From NCBI GenBank assembly GCA_965213625.1, contig CBDBZU010000004.1:2464001-2528000 (forward strand): 64,000 nt of DNA, read 5' to 3'. Origin of the DNA: a bacterium. GTDB taxonomy: Bacteria; UBA8248. The notes beneath the pieces were generated by a model, which had not been told where the DNA came from, ran no database searches, and saw nothing but the letters and a program-made list of their open reading frames with translations. Both the position numbers and the translations under genes were made by a program. This document shows positions 7,922-17,361 of the stretch, piece after piece. Positions within the stretch are counted from its first letter, which is position 1. Each line of letters begins with the position of its first letter.

Positions 7922-9253
7922 TCAGCCATTTTGGGGAAGGGGAAAATTCCGCCTGGCGAACTCCTGGGCCTCCTCCTTGGTGGATATGCGCCCTTCGAGT
8001 AGCTCGTCTTCGATCGCGAAGAGGATTTCTCCCAGCTCACGCCCTGCGGGATAGCCCATCGACATGAGTTCGTGCCCGTCGAGCAGTCGCGGTGGGCGCA
8101 GGGCTTCCTCGTGGATTTCCTCAAGTTTTCGGGTGCAGAATTCATGGGTTCTCAGATTCCCGTGGCTGGCGAGGCAATCGATGCGGTGGAGTTCGAGCAA
8201 TTCGTCGAAATAGGGCTCGCGCAGGAATCGCTTGAGGCGGGCGTCCCGCATTTTCTCCACGTGCATGAAGCGCATGTGATTGGCGACCAGTTCCCGGATT
8301 CTCGATGCGCGCGCCTTAGGAATTCGGAGTCTCTCGCAGATCTCTGCGCTCATCGCCGCGCCCGCCTTGTCGTGCCCGTTGAATCGGATTCTGTCGGTTT
8401 CGGTAAAAGTGGCCGGTTTTCCGACGTCGTGAAGCAGCAAGCCCCAGCACAGCGTCGGCGATTCGGAGCGCTTGATGCGCAGCATGGCGCGCACGTGCGT
8501 CCACACGTCGCCTTCTGGATGAAATTCCGGTGGCTGCGCCACGCCTTTCATGGCGTCGACTTCGGGCAGTACGCATTCGAGGAGACCCGAGGCGTCGAGC
8601 ATGGCGAATGCGCTGTCGGCGTTTTCCTGGGTCAAAATCGTCGTCAGTTCGTCGCGGATTCTCTCGGGACTGATTTTCTCGATGAGCTGTGCATTTGCCT
8701 CGATGGCGGAGGCGGTCACTGGCTCGAGAGCGAAATCGAATCTCGCCGAGAAGCGAATCGCTCGCATCATCCGTAAATGATCTTCACAGAACCTGAGTTT
8801 CGGCTCACCGATGGCCCGGATGATTCTGCTTTCGAGATCGCGAATCCCTCCGACGTAATCGAGGACCCGGCTCGCCGTTACGTCATAAAACATCCCGTTG
8901 ATGGTGAAATCGCGCCGCTTTGCGTCTCTTTCATCATCAGAGGGTCGAACCGAGTCGGGATGTCTCCCGTCGCGATAAGCGCCGTCTTCACGGAATTGCG
9001 CCACCTCGAACTCCTGGTCATCCATGCGCACGAGCACAACGCCGAACTGCGCTCCCACGGCAACGGTTTTCTCAAAGCGGCTCTGCACGATTTCCGGAGC
9101 AGCATCCGTAGCGATATCCCAGTCCTTGGGTTGGTGCCCAAGTAAGGCATCCCTTACGCACCCGCCCGCCAGAAGCGCTCTATGCCCCGAGGCTTCCAAG
9201 GTCTTGATAATCCGAATCGCCGCATCGGGTGGCTTTATGTTCAACATTGTCAT
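7922..9253 (-). CDS. cca: CCA tRNA nucleotidyltransferase / poly(A) polymerase family with HD domain
   Basis: GGCVRDALL..PKDWDIAT, RRDFTING, EDHLRMMRAIRF, ISPERIRDE, HPEGDVWTH, LLHDVGK. Confidence 0.9.
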   Translation of the reverse strand: MTMLNIKPPDAAIRIIKTLEASGHRALLAGGCVRDALLGHQPKDWDIATDAAPEIVQSRFEKTVAVGAQFGVVLVRMDDQEFEVAQFREDGAYRDGRHPDSVRPSDDERDAKRRDFTINGMFYDVTASRVLDYVGGIRDLESRIIRAIGEPKLRFCEDHLRMMRAIRFSARFDFALEPVTASAIEANAQLIEKISPERIRDELTTILTQENADSAFAMLDASGLLECVLPEVDAMKGVAQPPEFHPEGDVWTHVRAMLRIKRSESPTLCWGLLLHDVGKPATFTETDRIRFNGHDKAGAAMSAEICERLRIPKARASRIRELVANHMRFMHVEKMRDARLKRFLREPYFDELLELHRIDCLASHGNLRTHEFCTRKLEEIHEEALRPPRLLDGHELMSMGYPAGRELGEILFAIEDELLEGRISTKEEAQEFARRNFPLPQNG

Positions 9254-9386
9254 CTCGCCGTAGTTGAAATGCGCGAACCAACGATACTACGATAGGCCCA
9301 AATCCAGATGCGGGCAAATCGTGGTTGATGTAGATACACGCCCGGTTTCAGAGACTGCGGCCCGCGAATTGATTACCGGAGGATAC

Positions 9387-10403
9387 ATGACACTCCATTA
9401 CGCGAGAATATTCATTTTTTTCGTCGTTTTCGCGGTTTTGACGAATCCCTCTCTTGGCGCTTCCCTGGATCAAAAATCGATTCACAAAGGACTCGAACAG
9501 GTCGCCGCGGGCGACTATTCTGCAGCTTCGGATACTTTCGATCAGGTAATAGCATCATCGCCCGAGCGTCCTGAGGGATATTTTTTCAAGGCGTCTGTTT
9601 TTCATATTCTGAAAGGACATATCCAGCGCAAGACGTATTATGAGATATGGCGGAAAAACGCCGCAAAGGCTTTGGCCCTCTCCGAAGCTTTGTTGGAGAA
9701 AAATCCTAAGGACACGAGAGCGCTCCTCCTTGCCGGGCTGACGGAAGGCATGCGGATCGTCGATGCGCTCGACAACAGCAGTTATCTCACCGCATTCCTG
9801 CGGGCCGGCGCGATGGAGAAGCACCTGGAAACTGCGCTCGAGATCGACTCGAATATTCATGACGCCTACTACGGATTGGGGATTTACCACATTAGAGGAA
9901 GCACGGAGAGCTGGGTGAGAATGTTCCGGTTTTTCGTTGGCGATACGAGTGCGAAGGGCAGGACCTATCTGCGGCGCGCGGTCGATGGAAACGGCTGGAT
10001 CTCCAACTCGGCGCGGCTGGCTCTCATTTGGGCGCTATACCGGGTGGAAAAATTCAAAGCGGCAAGAAAAGACGTCGAGTATTTGCGAACGCGCTATCCA
10101 AAGAACGTATTATACGACATCGCCTATGCGGAAAGCTATTTCATCGCCGAGGATTATCCTCGCGCACGGGCGGAATATGTGAAATTACTGCCTCGCCTGA
10201 AACAGTCGAAAAACGAGATTTTGAGATTGTATCGAGATTTTTCAAAATGGCGAGTGATTCGTTGCGATTACGCCTTGGGCAAGCAGGAAGAAGTGGAAGA
10301 AGAAACCAGGGAATTGCTGACCGAAAAGCACATGTATGCCTCACTGATGGAGCAGATTCGTCTGGAGCTGCAATCCGCACAAGGCGTTTTGAAAGAGAGA
10401 TGA
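9387..10403 (+). CDS. Exported tetratricopeptide-repeat protein
   Basis: RBS GGAGG before ATG 9387; N-terminal hydrophobic signal; TPR-like segments (ALEIDSNIHDAYYGLGIY). Confidence 0.7.
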   Translation: MTLHYARIFIFFVVFAVLTNPSLGASLDQKSIHKGLEQVAAGDYSAASDTFDQVIASSPERPEGYFFKASVFHILKGHIQRKTYYEIWRKNAAKALALSEALLEKNPKDTRALLLAGLTEGMRIVDALDNSSYLTAFLRAGAMEKHLETALEIDSNIHDAYYGLGIYHIRGSTESWVRMFRFFVGDTSAKGRTYLRRAVDGNGWISNSARLALIWALYRVEKFKAARKDVEYLRTRYPKNVLYDIAYAESYFIAEDYPRARAEYVKLLPRLKQSKNEILRLYRDFSKWRVIRCDYALGKQEEVEEETRELLTEKHMYASLMEQIRLELQSAQGVLKER

Positions 10404-10442
10404 TTCTCCGATGATATGTGAAAACCAGAGAGACAGGGAGAA

Positions 10443-11297
10443 ATGAAGCGCATTCCGGCTACGCGGGTCGGTCTGGCGGTTGCCATGGCCATTGCAACGA
10501 TTTTTGTGCATGTGAGTTTCGCGTGGCCTGCCCCAACCAGCGTGGATTTGGAACTCGTTTTGGCCGTCGATGTTTCCGGCAGCGTGGATGAGGAAGAGGG
10601 TAAACTCCAGCGGATGGGATATGTGAACGCTTTTCGCTCCCCCTCTGTTTTGCGCGCCATTCAATCCGGAAGGCACAAAAGTATTGCAGTTACCTATATC
10701 GAGTGGGCGGGCTTCGATTTTCAGAGAGTCGTCGTGGACTGGAAGCAGATTCACGACGAGACGAGCGCCGAGAAATTCGCTTCCCTGCTTGCTGAGACGC
10801 CGATAGGGGTGGGCCCCTATACGTCAATCAGCGGCGCAATAGAATTTGCGCTGCCGTTGTTCGAGAACAACGGATTCACGAGTGAACGCCGCACGATCGA
10901 CATTTCCGGTGATGGGCCGAACAACAGCGGAGACTATGTGACGAATGCGCGGGATAGAGCCATACGTACCGGCGTGACGATAAACGGGCTTCCCATTGTG
11001 AACAACCGGCCGAGCCCCTGGGGAAGAATGCCGATGCCGAACCTGGATTTGTATTACAGAAATTGCGTCATCGGTGGCAGGCGCTCTTTCCTGGTGGTCG
11101 CGAATGATTTCAAATCTTTTGGGCGCGCCATCAGGAGAAAGCTGATCCTGGAGATCGTTGGCTTGCGGGGGACGAAAAAGCAGAAGCAAGCCCATGAACT
11201 GCGGAGCCCGATGGTAAGTCCTGTACTGGTATCGAGGGCGGCTCCTCCTTGTGACGCCGGGGAGAAGCGCCGCAGAAGCTGGACGGATGAGTATTAG
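10443..11297 (+). CDS. DUF1194 family (vWA-like) exported protein
   Basis: VDLELVLAVDVSGSV, IDISGDGPNNSG, TINGLPI, YYRNCVIGG, AIRRKLILEI. Confidence 0.9.
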   Translation: MKRIPATRVGLAVAMAIATIFVHVSFAWPAPTSVDLELVLAVDVSGSVDEEEGKLQRMGYVNAFRSPSVLRAIQSGRHKSIAVTYIEWAGFDFQRVVVDWKQIHDETSAEKFASLLAETPIGVGPYTSISGAIEFALPLFENNGFTSERRTIDISGDGPNNSGDYVTNARDRAIRTGVTINGLPIVNNRPSPWGRMPMPNLDLYYRNCVIGGRRSFLVVANDFKSFGRAIRRKLILEIVGLRGTKKQKQAHELRSPMVSPVLVSRAAPPCDAGEKRRRSWTDEY

Positions 11298-11392
11298 GTT
11301 TTCTGGCATGCCTTTATGCATTATGAAGCGGATTCTATTCACCGTTCGATAATTTTCGGACTGTTACTCAAAACAGGGGAGTGAAAATTCTG

Positions 11393-12367
11393 ATGAAAGC
11401 TGTGCGCGTACATCAATTCAACATGGATGTTCCCATGCGGGTGGACGAAGTGGAGGACGCGAAGCCAGAGCCAGGCGAGGTTTTGATTAAAGCCGGTGCA
11501 GTCGGTGTGAACCCGGTCGACCTGGCCATAAGGGCCGCCAAGCACCCTTACGCCAAGCTGGTGACGCCCCCTTATATTCCGGGTGCCGAGGCGGCCGGAG
11601 AAATCATCGCCCTGGGCGATGGCGTGGAAGGCTGGCGGATCGGGCAGCGGGTGTATGGCCGCGCCATGGGCGGAGGCTACTCAGAAAACGTGCGGCTCGT
11701 GGCAGGCGCCATGGCCGAGTTGCCAGAAGCCTACTCCTATGAGGAAGGCGCCTGCATTACGGTGGCGTTCTATACGGCGTGGAACGCGCTCGTCATCAAG
11801 GCGCAGGCGGGCCCCGGCGAGACGGTGCTGGTGCAGGGCGGCGCCGGGGGCGTGGGCATGGCGGCGGTTCAACTCGCCAAGCGGCTGGGCTGCCGCGTTT
11901 TCGCGACGGTGAGTTCCGATGCGAAGGCGAGTTTCTGCAAGGAGATGGGCGCGGATGAGACGATCAACTACCGCGAGGAGGATTTCGCCCAGCGTTGCAT
12001 GGAGCTCACCGGAGGACGCGGCGTCGACGTCGTCGTCGAGCTTTGCGCCTGCGATAATTTCGACAAGGATTTGGACGCCATTCGCGTGGACGGGAAAATC
12101 ATCGTCATCGGTACGGGCACGGGAAAAGGCCCGGGGGCTGAGTTCCGGGTTCCGTCGGTCATGACGAAAGACGCCGTGGTGCTGGGGCTGGCCGTGGTGA
12201 ATCTGTTCCCGAAAATGCCGGAACTGGTGCGCCGATTCACACCCTTGCTGCAAGAAGGAGCGTTCCGGATCAACGTCGACAAGGCGTCGAGTTTCGAGGA
12301 TGCGAACGAGGCCCATGATTACGTTCTGGATGGTCAGTTCTTGGGTAAGGTCGTCCTGGTCCCGTAG
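11393..12367 (+). CDS. qor: NADPH:quinone oxidoreductase (zeta-crystallin/MDR family), paralogue 1
   Basis: VGVNPVD, PYIPGAEAAG, VLVQGGAGGVG, TGGRGVDVV, C-terminal GKVVL; alternative GTG start at 11381. Confidence 0.85.
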   Translation: MKAVRVHQFNMDVPMRVDEVEDAKPEPGEVLIKAGAVGVNPVDLAIRAAKHPYAKLVTPPYIPGAEAAGEIIALGDGVEGWRIGQRVYGRAMGGGYSENVRLVAGAMAELPEAYSYEEGACITVAFYTAWNALVIKAQAGPGETVLVQGGAGGVGMAAVQLAKRLGCRVFATVSSDAKASFCKEMGADETINYREEDFAQRCMELTGGRGVDVVVELCACDNFDKDLDAIRVDGKIIVIGTGTGKGPGAEFRVPSVMTKDAVVLGLAVVNLFPKMPELVRRFTPLLQEGAFRINVDKASSFEDANEAHDYVLDGQFLGKVVLVP

Positions 12368-12397
12368 CCGAGAGACGAGGCGTAAAAGGAGGAAGCG

Positions 12398-13372
12398 ATG
12401 AAAGCGGTACGAGTGACGCGGTTCGGCCTCGAACATCCCATGGAGTTGGAGGAGGTGGCGGAGCCGAAGCCAGGACCGGGAGAGATGTTGGTGCGGATAG
12501 TGGCGGCGGGGGTGAACCCACTGGAGGTCGCCATACGCTCGGGAAATCATCCGCGCGCCAAGGCGATGACGCTGCCTTATACCTGCGGCACGGACATCGC
12601 CGGCGAAGTGGAGACGGTTGGCGAGGGTGTCGAGGCTTTTGCGCCGGGGGACCGGGTGTGGGGCCGCGCCTCCACCGGGGCGTATGTTGAAAAAGGACTG
12701 GTGCCCGCAAACTCGACGGGGAAGCTGCCAGATTCAATGTCCTACGCAGATGGGGCCGCACTGCCCATCCCGCTCCTTACGGCCTGGAACGCCCTGGTCG
12801 TGAAGGGAGAGGCTGCTCCGGGCGATTGCGTGCTCGTGCAAGGCGGAGCAGGTGGCGTGGGCTATCTGGCGATTCAACTTGCCCGCACGTTAGGCTGCCG
12901 GGTGTTCACGACGGTCAGTTCCAAGGAGAAGGGGGATTTCTGTCTTTCGGCGGGCGCTGAGGCGGTCATCAGCTACAGAGAAGAAGATGTGCCCGAGCGC
13001 GTGATGGAGCTCACTTCCGGCAGGGGCGTCGATGTCGTTGTCGAAACCGTTGGCTGTGACAATCTGGGTTCAGACCTTAAGCTCAACGCCATCAACGGCC
13101 GAATCGTCATCGTCGGAACGGGAACGGGCAAAGGGCCGGATGTGACGATTCCCCTGCCTGTGGCCATGGGCCGGGACGCCAGGATTCTGGCGCTCTCATC
13201 AGGCAATCTGAATCCTCTCGTCCCATGTATTTTGAAGCGGCTGGATCCCTTGCTGGAAAGTGGAGCCATCAAGCCTCATGTCGGACGGGAAATGCCGATG
13301 GAAGAGGCGAATGAATCGCACGAGGTCCTTCTGAGCGGTAAATTCCTGGGTAAAATCAATTTGGCGCCTTAG
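12398..13372 (+). CDS. qor: NADPH:quinone oxidoreductase (zeta-crystallin/MDR family), paralogue 2
   Basis: AGVNPLE, VLVQGGAGGVG, TSGRGVDVV; collinear with the upstream paralogue. Confidence 0.85.
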   Translation: MKAVRVTRFGLEHPMELEEVAEPKPGPGEMLVRIVAAGVNPLEVAIRSGNHPRAKAMTLPYTCGTDIAGEVETVGEGVEAFAPGDRVWGRASTGAYVEKGLVPANSTGKLPDSMSYADGAALPIPLLTAWNALVVKGEAAPGDCVLVQGGAGGVGYLAIQLARTLGCRVFTTVSSKEKGDFCLSAGAEAVISYREEDVPERVMELTSGRGVDVVVETVGCDNLGSDLKLNAINGRIVIVGTGTGKGPDVTIPLPVAMGRDARILALSSGNLNPLVPCILKRLDPLLESGAIKPHVGREMPMEEANESHEVLLSGKFLGKINLAP

Positions 13373-13408
13373 AGAGGAATCCCCGTATTTTGAGGAGGTG
13401 GATGAGAG

Positions 13409-14098
13409 ATGCTCAAGCTGGGCGAGCATGAGATCGACCTGTGTCTGTTCGATGCCTACGGTACATTGTTCGACGTGACCGCGGCGGCGGCGGAAAAACA
13501 ATCAGAGCTTGGCGATCAGTGGCAGGCGCTCTCCGCGCTCTGGCGGACCAAGCAGATTGAATACACTTGGCTCAGAAGTCTGATGGGCAGCCACGCGGAT
13601 TTTTGGCAGGTTACGGGCGATGCGCTCGATTTCGCCCTGGATACACTGGACATGGAGAGGCCGGGCCTACGAGAAGAACTCATGATGCTCTACAAGCGGC
13701 TGAACGCGTATTCCGAAGTGAAGGGTGTGCTCCAGAAGCTGCGGGAAGACGGGGTTCGGGCCGCAATTCTCTCCAACGGTTCTCCCGAAATGCTTGATAG
13801 CGCGGTGAAAAACGCCGGAATCGAGGAATATCTCGAAGAGATTATATCCGTGGAGAGCGTCGGGATATTCAAGGTGCACCCGTCGGTCTATCAACTGGCG
13901 GTGGACCGGCTTGGCGTTCGCGCCGACAGAATCTGCTTTTTCTCCTCGAACGGCTGGGACATCGCGGGTGCGTCGCATTTCGGATACCGCGTCGTCTGGG
14001 TCAATCGTTTTGCGCAGAAAAAAGAGCGCGTCCCGCACGAAATCGATGCGGAAATCACCTCGCTCGACGAGTTGGAGAGGGTGCTGGTCCACAAGTGA
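13409..14098 (+). CDS. Haloacid dehalogenase type II (L-2-haloacid dehalogenase family)
   Basis: FDAYGTLFDV, WRTKQIEYTW, ILSNGS, FK.HP.VY, SSNGWDIAGA, WVNR. Confidence 0.9.
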   Translation: MLKLGEHEIDLCLFDAYGTLFDVTAAAAEKQSELGDQWQALSALWRTKQIEYTWLRSLMGSHADFWQVTGDALDFALDTLDMERPGLREELMMLYKRLNAYSEVKGVLQKLREDGVRAAILSNGSPEMLDSAVKNAGIEEYLEEIISVESVGIFKVHPSVYQLAVDRLGVRADRICFFSSNGWDIAGASHFGYRVVWVNRFAQKKERVPHEIDAEITSLDELERVLVHK

Positions 14099-14111
14099 AG
14101 CCCCTCAGGGC

Positions 14112-14696
14112 TTATGAAACGTTCAGGGCCTTTTTTAGGGTCCGGATTCTTCCCGCATGGTCCGTATGGTTGACCGGCGGAAGTTTTTCCCTGTTCGTCA
14201 CAGGCAATACGATGAAATGAGGACCCGCTTCTGTGAGTAGTCGGGGTAGGGCGTCTTGAAACGTCTCAAGTGAATCAATGCGTTCCACCTTGCCTTTTCC
14301 CGTAGCGCCGCCACCCTCGAACCCTGAGGCGAGCGCCAATTCGACGAAATCGGTCCGCGGGGGGAGTTCCTGCCCGCCCACCATCTCGTAGCTCCTGTTC
14401 TCGAGCAGGAAGACGACCAGGTTTTCAGGCGCATACTTGGCCAGCGTCACCAGGGAACCCAGGCTCATCAACATCCCTCCATCCCCCTTCCAGACGATGG
14501 TTTTGCGCTCGGGCCGGGCGATGGCGAGGCCTAAGCCGAAATCTGCGGCGTGTCCCATGCCGAAGGCGAGAAAATCGAAATCGAGATCACTCTCCGAGAC
14601 AAGCGGCCATTGAAGAGTGGCCGTCATGGTCATGACCACAATTTCATTCGTTCTTCGCTCCGCCACTGCCCGGAACAGTTCCATGCGTTCTATCAA
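14112..14696 (-). CDS. TPP-dependent decarboxylase beta subunit (sulfopyruvate/phosphonopyruvate decarboxylase ComE-like)
   Basis: GMGHA...GLGLAIARP, GDGGMLMSLGSL...LENRSY TPP-binding motif. Confidence 0.8.
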   Translation of the reverse strand: MIERMELFRAVAERRTNEIVVMTMTATLQWPLVSESDLDFDFLAFGMGHAADFGLGLAIARPERKTIVWKGDGGMLMSLGSLVTLAKYAPENLVVFLLENRSYEMVGGQELPPRTDFVELALASGFEGGGATGKGKVERIDSLETFQDALPRLLTEAGPHFIVLPVTNREKLPPVNHTDHAGRIRTLKKALNVS

Positions 14697-14709
14697 GATG
14701 ATCCGCCTT

Positions 14710-15246
14710 TCAAGGCTTGAATGCGTAGCCGGTGATGACGGCCGCCGGGTAAGAAGTTTGCGCCGCCGTCTGGTCCATCAGTTCGAGTGTTCCCAGTTCA
14801 TCGTCTGACATGAGATGCCAGGTCGGGATTTTCCACGCCTGGAGAAGTGGCTCCGTGAAGGTATATGCCGAATCGATCGGCAGCTTGCCGGACATCGCTC
14901 CGCCGTATCCCCGCCAGCCGACCATCATACGCAAGGGCACCCTGGGTCCTGCGCCGCAGCCTCTCAGGGAGTCTCCCGCCTCCATCAGCCCCGTGTTCTG
15001 AATCACGAGCAACGGCTTCTGTCCGCCTGTCCAGAGACCGGCTGCGATGGCGACCGATTCCCCCTCGCGGCAAGGGGTGATCAGGTCGATATTGGGGTCG
15101 TTATCCAGTGCTTCGTATAGAAGCCGGCTTTCGCTGTCCGGGATCATGAGAACGTGCGTGAAGCCTAGTTCATGGAGTTTCTGAACTGTTTTATGTGCGC
15201 TTGCGCCCTTTTCGCTCAAGGATTTTCCTCTTGATGGGAATTTCAT
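14710..15246 (-). CDS. TPP-dependent decarboxylase alpha subunit (ComD-like)
   Basis: IPDS, CREGESVAIAAGL, IQNTGL, MVGWRG, TEPLLQAW; adjacent to the beta subunit. Confidence 0.8.
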   Translation of the reverse strand: MKFPSRGKSLSEKGASAHKTVQKLHELGFTHVLMIPDSESRLLYEALDNDPNIDLITPCREGESVAIAAGLWTGGQKPLLVIQNTGLMEAGDSLRGCGAGPRVPLRMMVGWRGYGGAMSGKLPIDSAYTFTEPLLQAWKIPTWHLMSDDELGTLELMDQTAAQTSYPAAVITGYAFKP

Positions 15247-15429
15247 ATTCTTATCTGCCGAGGAGCCATCTTCCGCGCCGCATAACGCCTAAGTCAAGAG
15301 TTCCAGGTGAAATATTCCGGGAATCGATGATGTGGGAATACGATAACCTGCTCTAAGTGATATGCTCCGATTTGCCTGAACGCGAAGAGATATCCGCACT
15401 TGGTGCGCTGAGAAAGAAAGGGAGCAGCG

Positions 15430-16455
15430 TTGAAACGACGACCCGTAATCGCGATGACCATGGGAGACCCGGCGGGGGTAGGGCCCGAGGTCTGCCTGAA
15501 AGCCGCTCTTGAGGCCAGCGTTCAGAAAAAATGTGCGCCTCTTATTGTGGGCGACATGGCTGTGCTCAGGAAACACGCCCGGCGGATGAAGATTCCGGTG
15601 CGGTTGACTCGGGTTAAGGACGAAAACAAGCTCGAATACGGGGGCTTGGAGCAAACGCCCGTGATTGATCTTAATAACGTTACTCCAGAGCACCGCGTTT
15701 TCGGAAAGGTCCTCCCCGAATTGGGCGCTGCGGCGGGCCGGTACATCGAAAAGGCCGTCTCGATGGCGCGCACAGGCAAGGTGGACGCCATAGCCACCGC
15801 GCCGATCAACAAGGAATCCCTACAAGCCGGTGGGTATGACTACCCCGGGCATACTGAAATGCTCGCCGATTTGTGCGGCGGCGGGTGGCCCGTCATGATG
15901 CTGGCGCACCGCAAGATACGCATTGCGCATTTGTCCACGCATTGTCCCTTGCGAGTTGCTCTTCGGCGCGTCAAGCGAAAGAGAATCGTCTACGTGGCGA
16001 GCGTTCTCGATGACGCCCTGCGTCGACTGGACCGGAAAAAGCCGAGAATTGGCGTCGCGGGCTTGAACCCTCATGCGGGCGAGGCCGGGCTGTTCGGTAG
16101 CGAGGAAGTAAAGGAAATCGCGCCTGCGGTCGCGGACTTAAGGGAGATGGGCATCGATGCGCACGGCCCCGAACCGCCGGATACGATCTTTGGGAAATTG
16201 CGCGGCGGCTACTACAGCGGCGTCGTAGCCATGTACCACGATCAGGGCCATATTCCGGGCAAATTGATGTGTTTTCGCTTCGACTCCCGAGGGCAGGCGA
16301 GCGTGCGCGGCGTCAACGTGACGCTGGGCCTGCCCATCATCAGAACTTCGGTGGAGCACGGGACGGGCTTCCCCATCGCAGGGCAGGGCCTCGCCGACCC
16401 CTCCAGCATGATCGACGCGCTCATCCTCGCGGCGAAGCTGGCCGGGGATGGGTGA
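15430..16455 (+). CDS. pdxA: 4-hydroxythreonine-4-phosphate dehydrogenase family (PdxA/PdxA2)
   Basis: TMGDPAGVGPE, TAPINKE, PGHTE, GLNPHAGE, MYHDQG, NVTLGLPIIRTSVEHGT. Confidence 0.92.
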   Translation: MKRRPVIAMTMGDPAGVGPEVCLKAALEASVQKKCAPLIVGDMAVLRKHARRMKIPVRLTRVKDENKLEYGGLEQTPVIDLNNVTPEHRVFGKVLPELGAAAGRYIEKAVSMARTGKVDAIATAPINKESLQAGGYDYPGHTEMLADLCGGGWPVMMLAHRKIRIAHLSTHCPLRVALRRVKRKRIVYVASVLDDALRRLDRKKPRIGVAGLNPHAGEAGLFGSEEVKEIAPAVADLREMGIDAHGPEPPDTIFGKLRGGYYSGVVAMYHDQGHIPGKLMCFRFDSRGQASVRGVNVTLGLPIIRTSVEHGTGFPIAGQGLADPSSMIDALILAAKLAGDG

Positions 16456-16526
16456 GGGAATACGCACACCCCTCACTGCATTTTGATCCTCAAACCCGGA
16501 CAGGTCGCGCTACAAAACCACACCCC

Positions 16527-17282
16527 TCAAGATCTACAGATGGTGAGCAGGTGCACCGCCTCGGCGCCCGCCTTTTTGAGTTCCCGTGCGCAGGCGGAGG
16601 CGGTCGAACCGGTCGTGACGACGTCGTCTACCAGGATGCACGTGGCCGCTTCGAGCCTTTGGCGCGCCACCTTGGGTCGAATCCGGAAGACACCCCGCAT
16701 GTTCCGGCGCCGCTCCCTTGCGGAGAGGCCGGTCTGCGAGCGGGTATCCTTTGCGCGCTCAAGAAAATCCGCGTGGGGTTTGTCCAGGCATTCCGCCGTC
16801 ATGAGGGCGAGCAGCATCGCCTGATCGAAACCTCTCGTCTTCCAGCGGGCGGGGTCGATAGGCACGTGCGTCACTACCACGTTCCTGGCTTCTTCATTTA
16901 CGCCGAATTCGTCCGTCGCGAGCCTGGCGAGATGGGGAGCGAACTCGCGCGCGAGTTTCGTGAAGCCCTGGAACTTGAAGAGGTGGACGGATTCCCGCAG
17001 CGAGTCCTCATAGGCGCCGATGGCGCGGACCATGTCGTAGTGATGCCCGTTTTCGAGGCAATCCGCACAAACATGGGTCGGGGAATGGGCGAGGGTGGTC
17101 AGGGAATGAAACGGATTTCCGCAACGAGGGCACCAGGGCGGCTCGAAGCGTTCGAAGGCGTCCGTGCAAGGCGTGCATATCGCCTGTGGATCGCCGATTT
17201 GCATGGAAGCCGAACACAAGAGGCATTTCGGGGGGATGAGGAAATCAATTGCTGCGCCGATGATCCTGCGGAGGTAACCCAT
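16527..17282 (-). CDS. comF: ComF family protein (double zinc ribbon + phosphoribosyltransferase)
   Basis: CxxC pairs, RGFDQ, Q.GLS..ERRRN, LVDDVVTTGST. Confidence 0.88.
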   Translation of the reverse strand: MGYLRRIIGAAIDFLIPPKCLLCSASMQIGDPQAICTPCTDAFERFEPPWCPRCGNPFHSLTTLAHSPTHVCADCLENGHHYDMVRAIGAYEDSLRESVHLFKFQGFTKLAREFAPHLARLATDEFGVNEEARNVVVTHVPIDPARWKTRGFDQAMLLALMTAECLDKPHADFLERAKDTRSQTGLSARERRRNMRGVFRIRPKVARQRLEAATCILVDDVVTTGSTASACARELKKAGAEAVHLLTICRS

Positions 17283-17361
17283 GGTCCTGTAAGAGCTCGC
17301 TTCGGGTCCTGGGTATTAAGGAATGCGGCCCCCTCGCATGGGCCTGTTGCGGTGAGAAACT

